64,000 nucleotides of DNA, taken from positions 1 to 64,000 of the forward strand of contig JAVRCV020000052.1 in assembly GCA_034530615.2 (NCBI GenBank). The letters are read 5' to 3'. Every line of letters starts with the position of its first letter. The first letter of the stretch is position 1. Under the pieces are notes generated by a model, which was not told the origin of the DNA, did no database searches, and was given only the letters and a program-made list of their open reading frames with translations. Origin of the DNA: Aulosira sp. ZfuVER01. Lineage in GTDB: Bacteria > Cyanobacteriota > Cyanobacteriia > Cyanobacteriales > Nostocaceae. Made by a program: the position numbers and the translations under genes. Positions 17,728-28,996 of this stretch are shown here, in pieces.

Positions 17728-19614
17728 TCATCTATCTGATACTAATTCTTTTTTATTAGAGAGTTCGCAACCTGGGTATATAGTTGAACTGGCTAAACTG
17801 GATGATTCTTCCACAACTTGTAAGCGAATGGGGAGAGAAATAATAAATTCTGTACCACTACCCACTTCAGATTTACAGATTAGTTTTCCTCTGTGTTTCT
17901 CAACGATAATCTGATAACTAATTGAAAGACCCATACCAGTACCAACGCCCCTAGGTTTAGTAGTAAAGAAAGTCTCAAAAATTTTTGCTTGGTCTTCGGG
18001 GGCGATCCCAGAACCATTATCTGCAATGCGGACAACCACCCAATTATGATCTTGGCGTTCGGTGGCGATCGCAATTTTTGGTGAATCTTGAGGATTTTGC
18101 TTTGCATCCAAAGCATCAAGCGCATTGTTGATAATGTTCATGAACACTTGATATAGCGAACCAGCGAAACCTTCAATATTGGGAATATCGCCATAGTTAC
18201 ACTCAACCGTAATGCCTTTTTTAATGCGGTTATTGAGAATGAGTAGGGTGCTGTCAATACATTCGTGCAGATTAACCGCATGGGCTTCGGCTTCATCCAA
18301 ACGCGAGAAGTTTTTCAAGCTTAAGACTATTTGCCGCACCCGATCGGCACCAAATTTCATTGACTGTAAAACTTTGGGTAAATCTTCTTCTACGAATTCC
18401 ACATCAATTTCAGCAGCATAATCCTCAACTGCTGGTGGTGGGTTAGACACTTCTTGCTGATAAATTCGCAGCAATTCCAATAAATCTTCTACGTGCTGAA
18501 TAGCAGGCTCTAAATTACCGTAAATAAAATTTACTGGATTATTAATTTCGTGAGCAACGCCAGCTACCATTCGTCCTAAACTAGACATTTTCTCACTTTG
18601 AACTAGTTGAGCTTCTTGCAATTGTTGCTGGCGGATGGCAGCGGCCGTTTGTTCTTCTAGTAGGTGTTTGACTTGTTGCAAAACTTGGTTAAAGGCATCA
18701 CCAAGGATTCCGATTTCATCTGTTGTTGTCACAGGTGTTTGCAAGTCAAAATTAGATTCTTCGATCACTCGTTGTGCTATATTCGTCAATGCTTTGACAG
18801 GGCGAGTGATTGTACGGCTGGTAAACAGGGCTAATAGAGTTGCGATCGCAGCTGACAATAGGATACTACCAGCTATTATTTGCAGCCGGAGTTGTTCTGC
18901 TGTCTTTAACTCACCCGTTGCTGCTCTAAGTTCTGCATCAGAACCATCAATAGCTTCTACTAGTTCATCAGAAAGAGCGTCAAATTTCAGTGCTAACTCA
19001 CTATTGGTAAACTTCAACAGTTGTTGTTGTGCTGCGGCAATTTTCTTATTCGTTAATGGCGAAAGATCGAGTTGCTTAAGTAGTTCTCCCAATTCCCGGA
19101 GATAAGTTTGGGTGACACCATCATAGGTTTGCAAAAGCTGAGGAGTACGATCGATATGCTGTTCTTTTGCATAATCAGCAGCTTTGGTATAAGTTTGCAG
19201 TTCCGCCCAAACCCGTTCAATTTCGGGCGCATGTTTATGAGTAATGTGAGCGTATTCCTCTTGATAAAGTTCTGGATTTCCTGCCAATGGAATGAGTTGT
19301 TGTTGATGAGTGCGAGTCTGGAGAATACCTGTCTGAAGACGATGGAGTAAATTGAGTTCCCTAAAAGCATTTTCCTCGTGTTTCAATGCTCGCTGCTGAT
19401 AGCGATCGCCTAAAATTAAGCCAATTGTGGTTCCTAAAATTCCCACACCAAGAGCGATCGCATATCCAAATTTAATTTTGTTGCCAATACTCAGTCCATT
19501 AATAATCTGCGAGAACCGTTTTGTTGCGCCCGCGCCAGATTGGGTATTTATAGTATTATTTGATACTGACAGTGAATCTGAATCTTTAGTCTGGAAATCC
19601 ATAGAAATCTTCAA
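17728..19614 (-). CDS. Membrane sensor histidine kinase with HAMP domain
   Basis: Two TM helices, HAMP (DEIGIL), H-box AHEINNP, N/G1/F/G2 boxes. Confidence 0.92.
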   Translation of the reverse strand: MKISMDFQTKDSDSLSVSNNTINTQSGAGATKRFSQIINGLSIGNKIKFGYAIALGVGILGTTIGLILGDRYQQRALKHEENAFRELNLLHRLQTGILQTRTHQQQLIPLAGNPELYQEEYAHITHKHAPEIERVWAELQTYTKAADYAKEQHIDRTPQLLQTYDGVTQTYLRELGELLKQLDLSPLTNKKIAAAQQQLLKFTNSELALKFDALSDELVEAIDGSDAELRAATGELKTAEQLRLQIIAGSILLSAAIATLLALFTSRTITRPVKALTNIAQRVIEESNFDLQTPVTTTDEIGILGDAFNQVLQQVKHLLEEQTAAAIRQQQLQEAQLVQSEKMSSLGRMVAGVAHEINNPVNFIYGNLEPAIQHVEDLLELLRIYQQEVSNPPPAVEDYAAEIDVEFVEEDLPKVLQSMKFGADRVRQIVLSLKNFSRLDEAEAHAVNLHECIDSTLLILNNRIKKGITVECNYGDIPNIEGFAGSLYQVFMNIINNALDALDAKQNPQDSPKIAIATERQDHNWVVVRIADNGSGIAPEDQAKIFETFFTTKPRGVGTGMGLSISYQIIVEKHRGKLICKSEVGSGTEFIISLPIRLQVVEESSSLASSTIYPGCELSNKKELVSDR

Positions 19615-19808
19615 AAGTCTACCTGCTCTTAAAGTTCCCTATTTATGTGACAGAATCGAAAAGCTCCAGACTTTTTATACCGTAATATTACTGTTAAGCT
19701 TTGTAAAAATAAACTGTTACGCAAAAAAATGGGATGTGGTGAGAACCCCCATCCCTTAAGAGACTATTGAATTTTTCTATGGAATCATCGGAATGAACTA
19801 TTCAACTA

Positions 19809-21590
19809 TTAAGCAATAAGTTTCTGCACGCCCAACCAGCCAGCTAAGTTTTCTTGCTGAACAGAATCAGGATTGTGTAATGAAATTACTTGATACCGTA
19901 TAGCACGTGGTTCGGCTAAAGTCACAGTTACAGAACGGAGTAAGTCTTGGTGAAAAACTGTTACTTGAATGGTATCCTTTGGTTGAAAATCCTTCAGGCG
20001 ATCGCTTAAATTATTTGCTGATACCTTAATAGCATTAATTGCTAACAATTCATCACCTGGATCGATTCCTGCTCGTTGTGCAGGTGAACCCGCCTCGACA
20101 AACTTAATGATCTCCCGTCCATTCTCAGTATTTACCTTTACACCTAGATAAGGTTCTTCGTCTGAGTCTGCCGCTAATTGTAAGCCAAAATGTGCGAAAT
20201 ATTCATTAAAAGGTAATTCTTCCGTGCCATCAAGATAACGTTTAAAGAAATCCTTTAAATCTATTCCGGCAATCGATTCAATTACGGCTTGCAAATCTTC
20301 TGGAGTAAAGCCAATTTCTACTTGTCCAAATTTCTGCCACATTTGCCGCATGACATCATCTAAAGAGTACTTATTGCCATGCTTGGCGCGAATTAACAAA
20401 TCTAGTAGCAACGAAACCATTGCCCCTTTCAAATAATAAGAAATCTGGGAATTAGCACTATTGGCATCTGGACGGTAGAGTTTAATCCAAGCATCAAAAC
20501 TCGATTCAGAAAGCGGTTGTACTTTTCGTCCTGGTGTGGTGAGAAATCGGGTAATTTCCTTACTCAAATGATTTAAATACGCCTTGGCATCATAAATACC
20601 TGCTCGCAAAGGAATCAGTAAATCATAGTAACTCGTAGTGCCTTCACAAAACCACAAAGAAGGTGTATAGTTCTCTTGGTCATAATCAAAAACTTCCAGG
20701 GCTTTAGGACGAATGCGCTTGACATTCCACAAGTGAAAGAACTCATGGGCTACTAATTGCATAAAGCGCTCATACTTGTCCTGAGAGCGAAAGCCAAAAC
20801 GTTGATAAATTAAAGAGCAGCTATTTTTGTGTTCTAAACCACCGTAAGCTTGGTGAAATAAATGTAGTAGAAACAGATACCGTTCATAAGGCAAACCACC
20901 AAACATTTTTGCTTCTACTTCAATTACTTTTTCGATATCAGAAATCACTTTCTGAGTTTGAATATTTCCCTGTCCCCAGATTGCTAGTTCATGAGGTTTT
21001 CCCCGAACCTCAAACTGATATAACTGGTGGCTACCAATTTCAAAAGGACTATCAACAAGGGTATCAAAATCGGCAGCATAAAAAGTATTGCTGGCTTCAG
21101 CATCTACTGATAGAGATGTCGTTACCCGCCATTCGGGGTATGGGGGTACAATTGTGACGCGAATTGGTTGCTTCTCCCAGCCTGGAAGTCTGAAAAACAG
21201 TGCCGCACCATTAAAATAGCCGTGAGTGACATCCAAGTGGTTTGTCCGTACCGATAACTCATTAGCAAACACACGGTAGCGTATTGTTAATTGGGAAACA
21301 TTAGTTTTCTCTACCTGCCAATGATTTTTACTTTTTTTCCACCACCGTAAAGGTTGATTATCAGCAAAAGCAGCAAAATCTTGTAAATTTTTAGCGTATT
21401 CTCGCACCAAGTAGGAACCTGGTGTCCAGACAGGCAATTTTAAATCGAGAATCGGCGTTGGGTAGTCTACAAGCTGCAAAGTTACCTCAAACAGATGTGT
21501 TTCTGGTTGGGGCATTGCTACCTGGTAATGTATAGTTGGCAGGCGTTCTTGGATGCGGCTATCTGTACGAGGCGCTGTTACTTCAGTCAT
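19809..21590 (-). CDS. M61 family metallopeptidase with PDZ domain
   Basis: WTPGSY, GGLEH, HEFFH, C-terminal PDZ (GSPAQRAGI). Confidence 0.92.
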   Translation of the reverse strand: MTEVTAPRTDSRIQERLPTIHYQVAMPQPETHLFEVTLQLVDYPTPILDLKLPVWTPGSYLVREYAKNLQDFAAFADNQPLRWWKKSKNHWQVEKTNVSQLTIRYRVFANELSVRTNHLDVTHGYFNGAALFFRLPGWEKQPIRVTIVPPYPEWRVTTSLSVDAEASNTFYAADFDTLVDSPFEIGSHQLYQFEVRGKPHELAIWGQGNIQTQKVISDIEKVIEVEAKMFGGLPYERYLFLLHLFHQAYGGLEHKNSCSLIYQRFGFRSQDKYERFMQLVAHEFFHLWNVKRIRPKALEVFDYDQENYTPSLWFCEGTTSYYDLLIPLRAGIYDAKAYLNHLSKEITRFLTTPGRKVQPLSESSFDAWIKLYRPDANSANSQISYYLKGAMVSLLLDLLIRAKHGNKYSLDDVMRQMWQKFGQVEIGFTPEDLQAVIESIAGIDLKDFFKRYLDGTEELPFNEYFAHFGLQLAADSDEEPYLGVKVNTENGREIIKFVEAGSPAQRAGIDPGDELLAINAIKVSANNLSDRLKDFQPKDTIQVTVFHQDLLRSVTVTLAEPRAIRYQVISLHNPDSVQQENLAGWLGVQKLIA

Positions 21591-21812
21591 CTTGAGTCCT
21601 CAGTTCTGAAATTTTATTTATAAAGTAAATCTTAAATCTGTAGGGTATGTTAACGCAGTGTAGCGCACCACCATAAAGGGTGTGCTACAGCACAAAAATT
21701 CTTAAGCTCATCCCATCCTTAAAGGTAGTGGGAATTGGGCATTGGGCATTGGATTTTTTCCTCATGCCTATGCCCCAAAGTCAAATACCATAACATAACA
21801 GCAATCAAACAA

Positions 21813-21847
21813 GAACTCAGAGTGGCGGAAGTCGCTGCTCTGAGTTC
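21813..21847. terminator. Long hairpin downstream of the Crp-family gene
   Basis: GAACTCAGAG...CTCTGAGTTC stem. Confidence 0.5.
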
Positions 21848-21874
21848 AGGGAGAGGAACACTCAAGAATGATAA

Positions 21875-22558
21875 TTAGACTTTGTTAGCTAAATTCATCA
21901 ACTGTTTGAAGTTGACTAGATAAATAATGTTATTTGTGCTGTCAATTTCTATCCAGCCTTTTTCATGCAGCTTTTCCATGATTTTGCTGGTTTCATCAAC
22001 ACTGATTTCTGTGACTTCTGCCAAATCTTTGACGGGAATATTAAAAATTTCTCTTCCCTTATCTGATTTTTGACCGTAGCTTTCGCCTAAACTAACTAGA
22101 GTCTGAGCTAGTTTGACTGCTGGTGGTGAAGAACGCATTTGTAGGCGCAGGTTGATTTGTCGCAATCGCCGCACCATTAGTTGCAGCATTCGGTGATGTA
22201 AATGCGGGTCTTTAAATAAAATTTGAATAAAACGCTCTCTAGAAACACTTAGTAACTTTACAGGCGACAGCGCAATTACATCAGTTGAGCGTGGCGATTC
22301 ATCTAAAACTGCCATTTCACCAAAAAAATCGCCTCGACCTAAAATTGCTAGAGCCACAAAATTATCTCCGGATGTGCGCCGGACTTTGACCCAACCAGAC
22401 ACCACAAAGTAAACTGCATTACCCCAAGCATCTTCCATTAAAACGGCGCGTTCGGCTGGGTACTCATGGTCAATTGCAACATTCAGCAGCCACTCCAAGG
22501 TTTGAGGATTGGCTGTACTCAGTAAGGGAAAAAGTTCACTAAAAACCTCAGTCTGCAT
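21875..22558 (-). CDS. Crp/Fnr family transcriptional regulator
   Basis: cNMP domain (FFGEMA...PRS) and C-terminal HTH. Confidence 0.9.
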   Translation of the reverse strand: MQTEVFSELFPLLSTANPQTLEWLLNVAIDHEYPAERAVLMEDAWGNAVYFVVSGWVKVRRTSGDNFVALAILGRGDFFGEMAVLDESPRSTDVIALSPVKLLSVSRERFIQILFKDPHLHHRMLQLMVRRLRQINLRLQMRSSPPAVKLAQTLVSLGESYGQKSDKGREIFNIPVKDLAEVTEISVDETSKIMEKLHEKGWIEIDSTNNIIYLVNFKQLMNLANKV

Positions 22559-22761
22559 GAAATATCTGCAAAAAATGGATTCAGGTGGAGAAAATTTGGT
22601 CGGCTATTATATGTTTTAAAACCGCAATCATTGGCTGAATACGGTAGCAAAATAGTTACAAATTAATTAAGAATTTTCAGCTTTTTAGGTCTGATATTCT
22701 AGTACAACATAACAATTATGTCTGGGATCGCAATCAGCGGTTTTACTGACAGATAGTTTAT

Positions 22762-23970
22762 TTACTGTTTCTTTGGTAACAGGCTATCTCCTGCCAAGAC
22801 ATTGATCTGTTTGTCTAAATTTTCTACTAGTTGACCTAGAGCAATCACAGCATCTAATTTCTCAGATTGCAAATTCGGGTTGAGAAGCAGCCGTTGTTCT
22901 AGTTCGTGCAACTTGAAGCTTAGTTGTTGGGTTATGACTAAAGTATCGCGGCTCAACCGATTCAACTGTTGCTGTTGATAGAACTTTAATGCTGCTCCCC
23001 GTAACACTTGTAGTGTCGCCTCTTCACCGTAAATTCCGGGCATCACCCGTAAGCGTAACAACAAACTTTTGTTTTCATATAGCCATTCCTTCTCTACCTG
23101 TTTGGGTTCATCAAATGTGGCGATAGGTAGACCAGCAAATTGCTTGAATTCATTGATTATGTCTTGAAAAACTGCAAGCGGCAAATTTTCGATCGCTGAC
23201 TGCAAGACTCCATTGTCACTCCAGAGTATTCTGCCTTGGTCATGCTGTCTTTCCAAGTACAGGCGACCAATTCCCCCAAGCAAAACTCTGGCTAATAACT
23301 CTTCTAGCAATTTCTTCGATGGTAGTGTTGCCAAAACTTCAATCGAGCTTAATGTCTCTGGAATTTGTACTGGCAAAACAGTTAAATTGCTTGTCAGTAG
23401 TACCTCCGTCGTCTGCTCCCCTTCACTCTTGTCAAGCGCATTTGGATTGAGGATTGGGGACAAATCTACCTGTGAAGCGGAAGCTAGCAGAACTTCTGTT
23501 TGCTTTTCAATCGCAGAGGAACTCAGGCGATCGCTCGGGGAAACTGCCGTGTGTGTTGAGTGAGCGTCTATTTTTGGCTGATGCGTTTGTTTTGTATCTG
23601 AGGAGTATGTGTTTTTGTAGTTGAGGTAGGCTGAGAGGATAGTTTGGTGATTATCGCCTGTAATTGGCTCAGTCACCATTTTGTAATTAATAGAAGACAA
23701 AATCTGACTAACGTATTTTGATGCGTCCCTGTCTTGCGGATTAACCATACCTAGTAAAAGTTTATTGCCTTTTAACTCCAAGGGCAAAATTTGGTGGTAA
23801 AGACAAGCTTCTAAAGACAAAAGAGTATCAATTAACGAGAAAATTTGCCTGGGATCGCTAAGTAACTCCTTGGGAATCTTGCATTCTAGCTCCCCTGCCA
23901 GTGGAGTTTCACCTGGCACTGGCGGCTCAGTTTCTTCGTTATCAGTGATTTTGCCCTCGGAAGACAACAT
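22762..23970 (-). CDS. PilB/GspE N-terminal-like protein without ATPase domain
   Basis: ILPLE...LLLGMVNP; LRLRVMPGIYGEEATLQVL; no Walker A motif. Confidence 0.7.
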   Translation of the reverse strand: MLSSEGKITDNEETEPPVPGETPLAGELECKIPKELLSDPRQIFSLIDTLLSLEACLYHQILPLELKGNKLLLGMVNPQDRDASKYVSQILSSINYKMVTEPITGDNHQTILSAYLNYKNTYSSDTKQTHQPKIDAHSTHTAVSPSDRLSSSAIEKQTEVLLASASQVDLSPILNPNALDKSEGEQTTEVLLTSNLTVLPVQIPETLSSIEVLATLPSKKLLEELLARVLLGGIGRLYLERQHDQGRILWSDNGVLQSAIENLPLAVFQDIINEFKQFAGLPIATFDEPKQVEKEWLYENKSLLLRLRVMPGIYGEEATLQVLRGAALKFYQQQQLNRLSRDTLVITQQLSFKLHELEQRLLLNPNLQSEKLDAVIALGQLVENLDKQINVLAGDSLLPKKQ

Positions 23971-24247
23971 ACGCTTATTGAATATTTGCTTTATTTGCTT
24001 TTAATTCTATTGTGTTTCTCAGTTAGTGTGTAGTAAATAAAGATACTTTCTTATGTTATGGGCAGTTTAATTAAATACCAAAGTCTAGAAGTTAAATCTG
24101 GGATTGTGGATTGGGGATAGATCCCAAATCCAAAATCTACAACAGAAAACTTTGGGCATTTCCATTCTCTGGATGAACAGATATACCCACCACTTGAGAC
24201 CGATCCAATTAATTCAGTACATATACTAGAGTCACAGCTAAATTTTG

Positions 24248-25444
24248 TTACTCCTGAGTTCTCAAACTTTGGGCTACAAGATAGACTTTTGTCCATTCAC
24301 CCAAGACTTGATGAGTTTTGAGCTTTAATTCTTGAGCTGTGGCTTCAATTGAGTTGCCAGCTTTGCGTAAATCTAAAATCTGCCGCCCCATGTGAGTCAA
24401 TTGTTCATAGAGTTGCTGCCATTGGTTTTGTGTTAGCCCCAAGTTGTGTTCTTGCAAAGAAATTGCCAGCCAGTTTTCCACTAGTTCCGGTTTCCCTTTG
24501 AGAGCAAACACACGCACTGCATGGTAGCTAATTTTTTCCCGCAGTCGGTATACTTCTTTAATTTGTTTATTTAGTTTCTTGGCGATTTCGTCTTGGGACT
24601 TACCTTGCAGATACAGGCGTAGCCACTCTACGGCTTCTGTGCCGAGGTTTTCTTGTAAATATTCTTCAAATTCTTGTTGTACAGCTTGACGCAATACTTG
24701 TTGTTCTTCTAGTTCCTGCGCTTCTTGATATTCTGCGATCGCCTGACTATCAACCAAGTTAACTCGATTGTCGCTGTCATCGGTGAGAATTTCTTCGGAA
24801 ACTAGCCTAATCAAGTCGCTACCAGGCACTTGAGTTAACCCACCCCGTTGAGTACGGCGCAGGTAGTTGACAAAGCGGTAAACCAGCAACGGCTGATTGC
24901 GTACTGGGCGCAAACAATATTCTTCGATACTGGCAAACAGTAGCGTATCTCGCAGCCGCCTGTCGGTGGTAATTTCAGCGATACAAGCCATTTGATCTTG
25001 GATGTAGCTATCGCTTTGCAGTAATTCCTGGATGATTTCTTGTAATACATCTATTACACTCCGCTGGCGATCACGGCTGAGGGAAACCCAAGTCTGAATT
25101 TTATTGCGCAATGTCATCAAACTGGCCAGCCGCGTGATTAGGTTGCGATAAGCACGTTCTCGTGCTACTCCCAGGTAACGTTGCAGTAAAATCCGATAGC
25201 GATATTCCATCGCTTGCTTGGCAATTTCAAGTTCCTTGGGGTTGAGCAAATCAAACCGCTGGAAGTCACGTCCCAACAGCCAAAAAATGATACTTTCTTT
25301 AGCTGCTGCGCTTTGTTCTGGACACTCCGCCACTAGACGTTTTCGCCAATATTGCGCCAGTTTTTCTGCTTCTGTTACCATAGCGAGATTGCGCTCCTCG
25401 AAACCCTGTTTTAAAGTTTGCATCACAACCCCCATTTGTCGCAC
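24248..25444 (-). CDS. HetZ-related protein (paralogue type)
   Basis: RYRILLQRYLG...AYRNLITRL; C-terminal sigma-like HTH segments. Confidence 0.7.
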   Translation of the reverse strand: MRQMGVVMQTLKQGFEERNLAMVTEAEKLAQYWRKRLVAECPEQSAAAKESIIFWLLGRDFQRFDLLNPKELEIAKQAMEYRYRILLQRYLGVARERAYRNLITRLASLMTLRNKIQTWVSLSRDRQRSVIDVLQEIIQELLQSDSYIQDQMACIAEITTDRRLRDTLLFASIEEYCLRPVRNQPLLVYRFVNYLRRTQRGGLTQVPGSDLIRLVSEEILTDDSDNRVNLVDSQAIAEYQEAQELEEQQVLRQAVQQEFEEYLQENLGTEAVEWLRLYLQGKSQDEIAKKLNKQIKEVYRLREKISYHAVRVFALKGKPELVENWLAISLQEHNLGLTQNQWQQLYEQLTHMGRQILDLRKAGNSIEATAQELKLKTHQVLGEWTKVYLVAQSLRTQE

Positions 25445-26170
25445 TTAACTTATTAACTGGCAGCTGCCCCTAAATCTATCTTCTTGATGAAGACTTTTGA
25501 GTGATTCCACTTTTATTACGTCTGGAATGACTAAACTTATGCAAAAATTCTGCCTTGCTGGTCTCCTCTTTTAATCTCCAAATACTGGAAACCCCGTTAT
25601 TTAAAGCATTTTTGTCAATTCTGAAAATTTTTAATTTTTGTAAACATATACATTAGTGACTAAGAAGGGCAACCTGACCAGTTTAAGTAAATTATGATAC
25701 ATTCATGCTTTTTAGGGGTCTGGAAAAGCTGGCATTTTGCATTTGCTCACAATAGTCAATACAATTCACCTCAATCCAGACGTAGTTTGATTCATTTAAG
25801 TTTCACTCATCTAGAGTAGGTCTGTGAGCATCTAAACATTTTTTTAAGCACCCTCAACATTTTTGCAAAATTGTTTACATTCAAGCCAAGACATACGACC
25901 TTATTCTGAAAAGTCCACTAAAAATTTGATAGTACCCTGATGGGTACTATTAGAAGCCGGAGGTGGCTTCCCTCAGGGTAGCAACTGGCATAGCAGGGAG
26001 CAGGAGGAACAAGGATTTTGCGGTTTTTGTACAGATGCAAGAATTATAATTAATTAGGTGGACATGATATTAGAGATAGTTTGTGATAATTTAGCCCAAC
26101 AAATATAAACTCTCTGTATCTTAAATTGAGCAGCGTAAATATCACTAATTTTGGCTAAGTACAACAATTT

Positions 26171-26848
26171 TCAAATCAGCCCTGCAATAATATTGATGGT
26201 GATTGCTAGGATGGTAGTGTTAAAAAAGAAAGATAATATGCTATGAAGTAAAGTCAAGCGTCTCATAGTGCGAGATGTTGTCTGCACGTCAGAAACTTGG
26301 CTAGTCATACCAATGACAAAAGAATAATAGAGAAATTCCCAATAGTCGGGATAGTCATTATTAGGAAATTCTAACCCTCCATTTATTTCTCTACTAGTAT
26401 TATTAGGAGTTTGATGTTGATAATAAGTATGTGCATATTGCAGTGCAAACATTGTATGCACCAGTAACCAAGAACCTATAATTGTCATAATCGAAAGTAT
26501 GACATGTAAGGTTAATAAAATTGATGATACGCCTTTTTTATCAGTTAGTAAGAACCCAATTGCTAACACACTAGCACAAGCCGCAGCAATTACTAGCATG
26601 AATATAGCCAAACGGCCTTCGTATTCACTCTCAGCATAACGTCGGGTTTTTTCGGGGTTAGCTTTGACCATCTTCCACCAAGTTATGGCTAGAAAAAAGT
26701 CAGCACCTGAGTTCCAAGCGCAGAGAATACGAGTAGCTAAGTGTAGCCAATGAGGAAGTAACACTGAAACTAATGCAGCAACAACGATAGCTACAATTAG
26801 TCTGGGTCGAGGATCGAAATTTTTAAATAAATGGATTATATTAGGCAC
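26171..26848 (-). CDS. DUF1345 membrane protein
   Basis: YAHTYY, PDYWEFLYYSFVIGMTSQVSD, HSILSFFFNT. Confidence 0.88.
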   Translation of the reverse strand: MPNIIHLFKNFDPRPRLIVAIVVAALVSVLLPHWLHLATRILCAWNSGADFFLAITWWKMVKANPEKTRRYAESEYEGRLAIFMLVIAAACASVLAIGFLLTDKKGVSSILLTLHVILSIMTIIGSWLLVHTMFALQYAHTYYQHQTPNNTSREINGGLEFPNNDYPDYWEFLYYSFVIGMTSQVSDVQTTSRTMRRLTLLHSILSFFFNTTILAITINIIAGLI

Positions 26849-27000
26849 TTTGAAAAATGTTCAAATTTAGTAACTGTAATAAGATTTTATCTGAGTTGCA
26901 ATGATTATTTATTATGGTGGGCACTGCCCACCCGAAACTAATTAATATTTTTCACTAACGACCCAGGCTTTGTAAATCCTGATGTTTCAAAGGTCAGGTA

Positions 27001-28629
27001 CTACCAAATCGTAGTGTCTTGCAATTTGTGGATCATCTTATTACTAATGCCTGGAACTCTTGCTAAATCTTGTAAAGATGTGAACTTTTGCTGTTGACGA
27101 GTAATAATTATTCGCTGTGCTAACTTTTTACCAATACCAGGTAGAGTTACTAACTCTTCTAAAGTAGCAGTATTGATATTTATTTTTTTAATTACTTGAT
27201 TGGGAATTGATGTCGGAGACGTTATCTGAGGACATTGTTTAGCTTCAGCAGCAATTTTTTGTTGAATTGTAGGTGGTAAACCAAGTTTGACATTAGTATA
27301 AAGGCGGTCAAATTCGCGTACATCATGGTCTGCAACGGTTTGGCTTTCAATTGATATTAGGGTTTCATCGTTACCACTATTTGCAGCGTCAGACCAATTA
27401 TGAGAACCTGTAATTACTGTTTTTCCATCAATCACAGCAAATTTGTGATGTAATAAATCGCCTTTGTTTAAAGTTGGTACGCCGACGCTAGTAATGGGAT
27501 TTTTCCAAGGTTTATTATCTACTTCATATTTACATTCGTCACTTAAAGCAAAACCCATCATATCTAGTCCTTCACTATAGGAACGATAGGCAAATTGTGG
27601 TTCAATCAAAGTACGAATTTGTACGCTTTGTTGATGTCGGTTTTCTAGGATATTAGCCAGCCGTTGTTCGGAAAATACAAACAAGGCCATATCAACCGAT
27701 TTGTTAGCTGTTTCTAAAGTACTGCCAATCAAACCATTAGTACTTTGACTCCAAGGTTGAGTTGGGGAAGTTGGCGAAAACTGTACGGTAATTTTAGTTT
27801 CACCTAATGTAATAGTTTTTGGTAAACGTGCTGGCTTTTTTAAACCAAATAAACTATCTGGTTTTCCTCCTGGGCCATCACCCCACATGATGTTAAACTC
27901 TTCTGTAAATAAAGCAGCTAATTCGGGGCTGTCAATTTTTAAGAAATTATTGGCATTACCTAAACTACTGGGATTTGTAAAGTCACCGAATACATCGCTT
28001 AACGTAAAATTTGCAGAAGTTACAATAACAATTCTATTGTCTACAATCACAAATTTGTGATGCATCAAACTGCTACCCGCTGAACCATCAGCTCTATCGT
28101 CGATCCAAGGAACTTTGGCATTTTGTACAATCACCAAAGCATCTCTTTGATTAATTTCTTGTTGGCTGAGTTTGTTGTCTTGGTTAATGTCTACAAATTT
28201 ATGAAATTCTTTATAGCGTTCCTGTTCACGTTTTTCTAGCTTGCTAATTTCATCAGGTGTGAAGCTAGTCCAAGGACGGCTATAGGTATTTTCTAAAATT
28301 AATCTAACTTTGACTCCAGCTTTCTGTTTATCTGCTAGTACTTGGGCAACTTTCGGTAAACGTAATTCTTGAACGGCTACATCTACTGTAGATTTAGCTT
28401 GAGAAATTACATTTACAATCTGTTGTTCTAAATTATCTCCCAGGCGAGTTTGCTGACGGTAAGGTTCTGTAAATTCTGAAGACTGGGAATAGTTAAAGTA
28501 AACCTGAACAAATGGATCTTGTGGTAGAGGTAATGGACGTTTATCTTGAGACTGAACTCTTTGGCAAGATACAATTGTAAATACTAGAAAAAATGTCAAA
28601 TAATACTTGAGACTAGAAAATAGCTGCAC
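27001..28629 (-). CDS. comA: Competence protein ComA (PLD-like nuclease domains + ComEA-type HhH)
   Basis: Lipoprotein-like signal, two HHKF..D motifs, C-terminal ININTAT...LPGIG...VPGI. Confidence 0.8.
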   Translation of the reverse strand: MQLFSSLKYYLTFFLVFTIVSCQRVQSQDKRPLPLPQDPFVQVYFNYSQSSEFTEPYRQQTRLGDNLEQQIVNVISQAKSTVDVAVQELRLPKVAQVLADKQKAGVKVRLILENTYSRPWTSFTPDEISKLEKREQERYKEFHKFVDINQDNKLSQQEINQRDALVIVQNAKVPWIDDRADGSAGSSLMHHKFVIVDNRIVIVTSANFTLSDVFGDFTNPSSLGNANNFLKIDSPELAALFTEEFNIMWGDGPGGKPDSLFGLKKPARLPKTITLGETKITVQFSPTSPTQPWSQSTNGLIGSTLETANKSVDMALFVFSEQRLANILENRHQQSVQIRTLIEPQFAYRSYSEGLDMMGFALSDECKYEVDNKPWKNPITSVGVPTLNKGDLLHHKFAVIDGKTVITGSHNWSDAANSGNDETLISIESQTVADHDVREFDRLYTNVKLGLPPTIQQKIAAEAKQCPQITSPTSIPNQVIKKININTATLEELVTLPGIGKKLAQRIIITRQQQKFTSLQDLARVPGISNKMIHKLQDTTIW

Positions 28630-28996
28630 GGTAATCTGATGAAAGTAGATTGAGAGTTAACACATCATATTATTCCCAAAATGCTGTGGTGTTTACTAAG
28701 CCAGTTTGGAATGATTTACACTCCGCAAAATTTACCAACTGGTGTTTAAAGATTTGTATCAAAATTCGGGTATACAGTATAAGATTTATAGGATACTTTA
28801 TCCCAGTTATTTACAATTGTGGATTAATAACACTTACATTTGAGATTTTAAATTTTTAATGGGAAAATTTTCCCATCCAAAATCCAAAAATAAGACCTAT
28901 TGCACGAATACAAAACTACCATCAACCCCTAACCCCCTCTCCCAAAATTGAAGAAGGGGAGTTAATTTTAATCTTCCGCGATCGCCAACCAATTAA

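Noticed and set aside
25687..25700. GTA-N8-TAC (NtcA-like box) upstream of the HetZ-related gene
   Set aside because: No TAN3T -10 box at the canonical ~22-nt spacing, and the motif is frequent by chance in AT-rich DNA.
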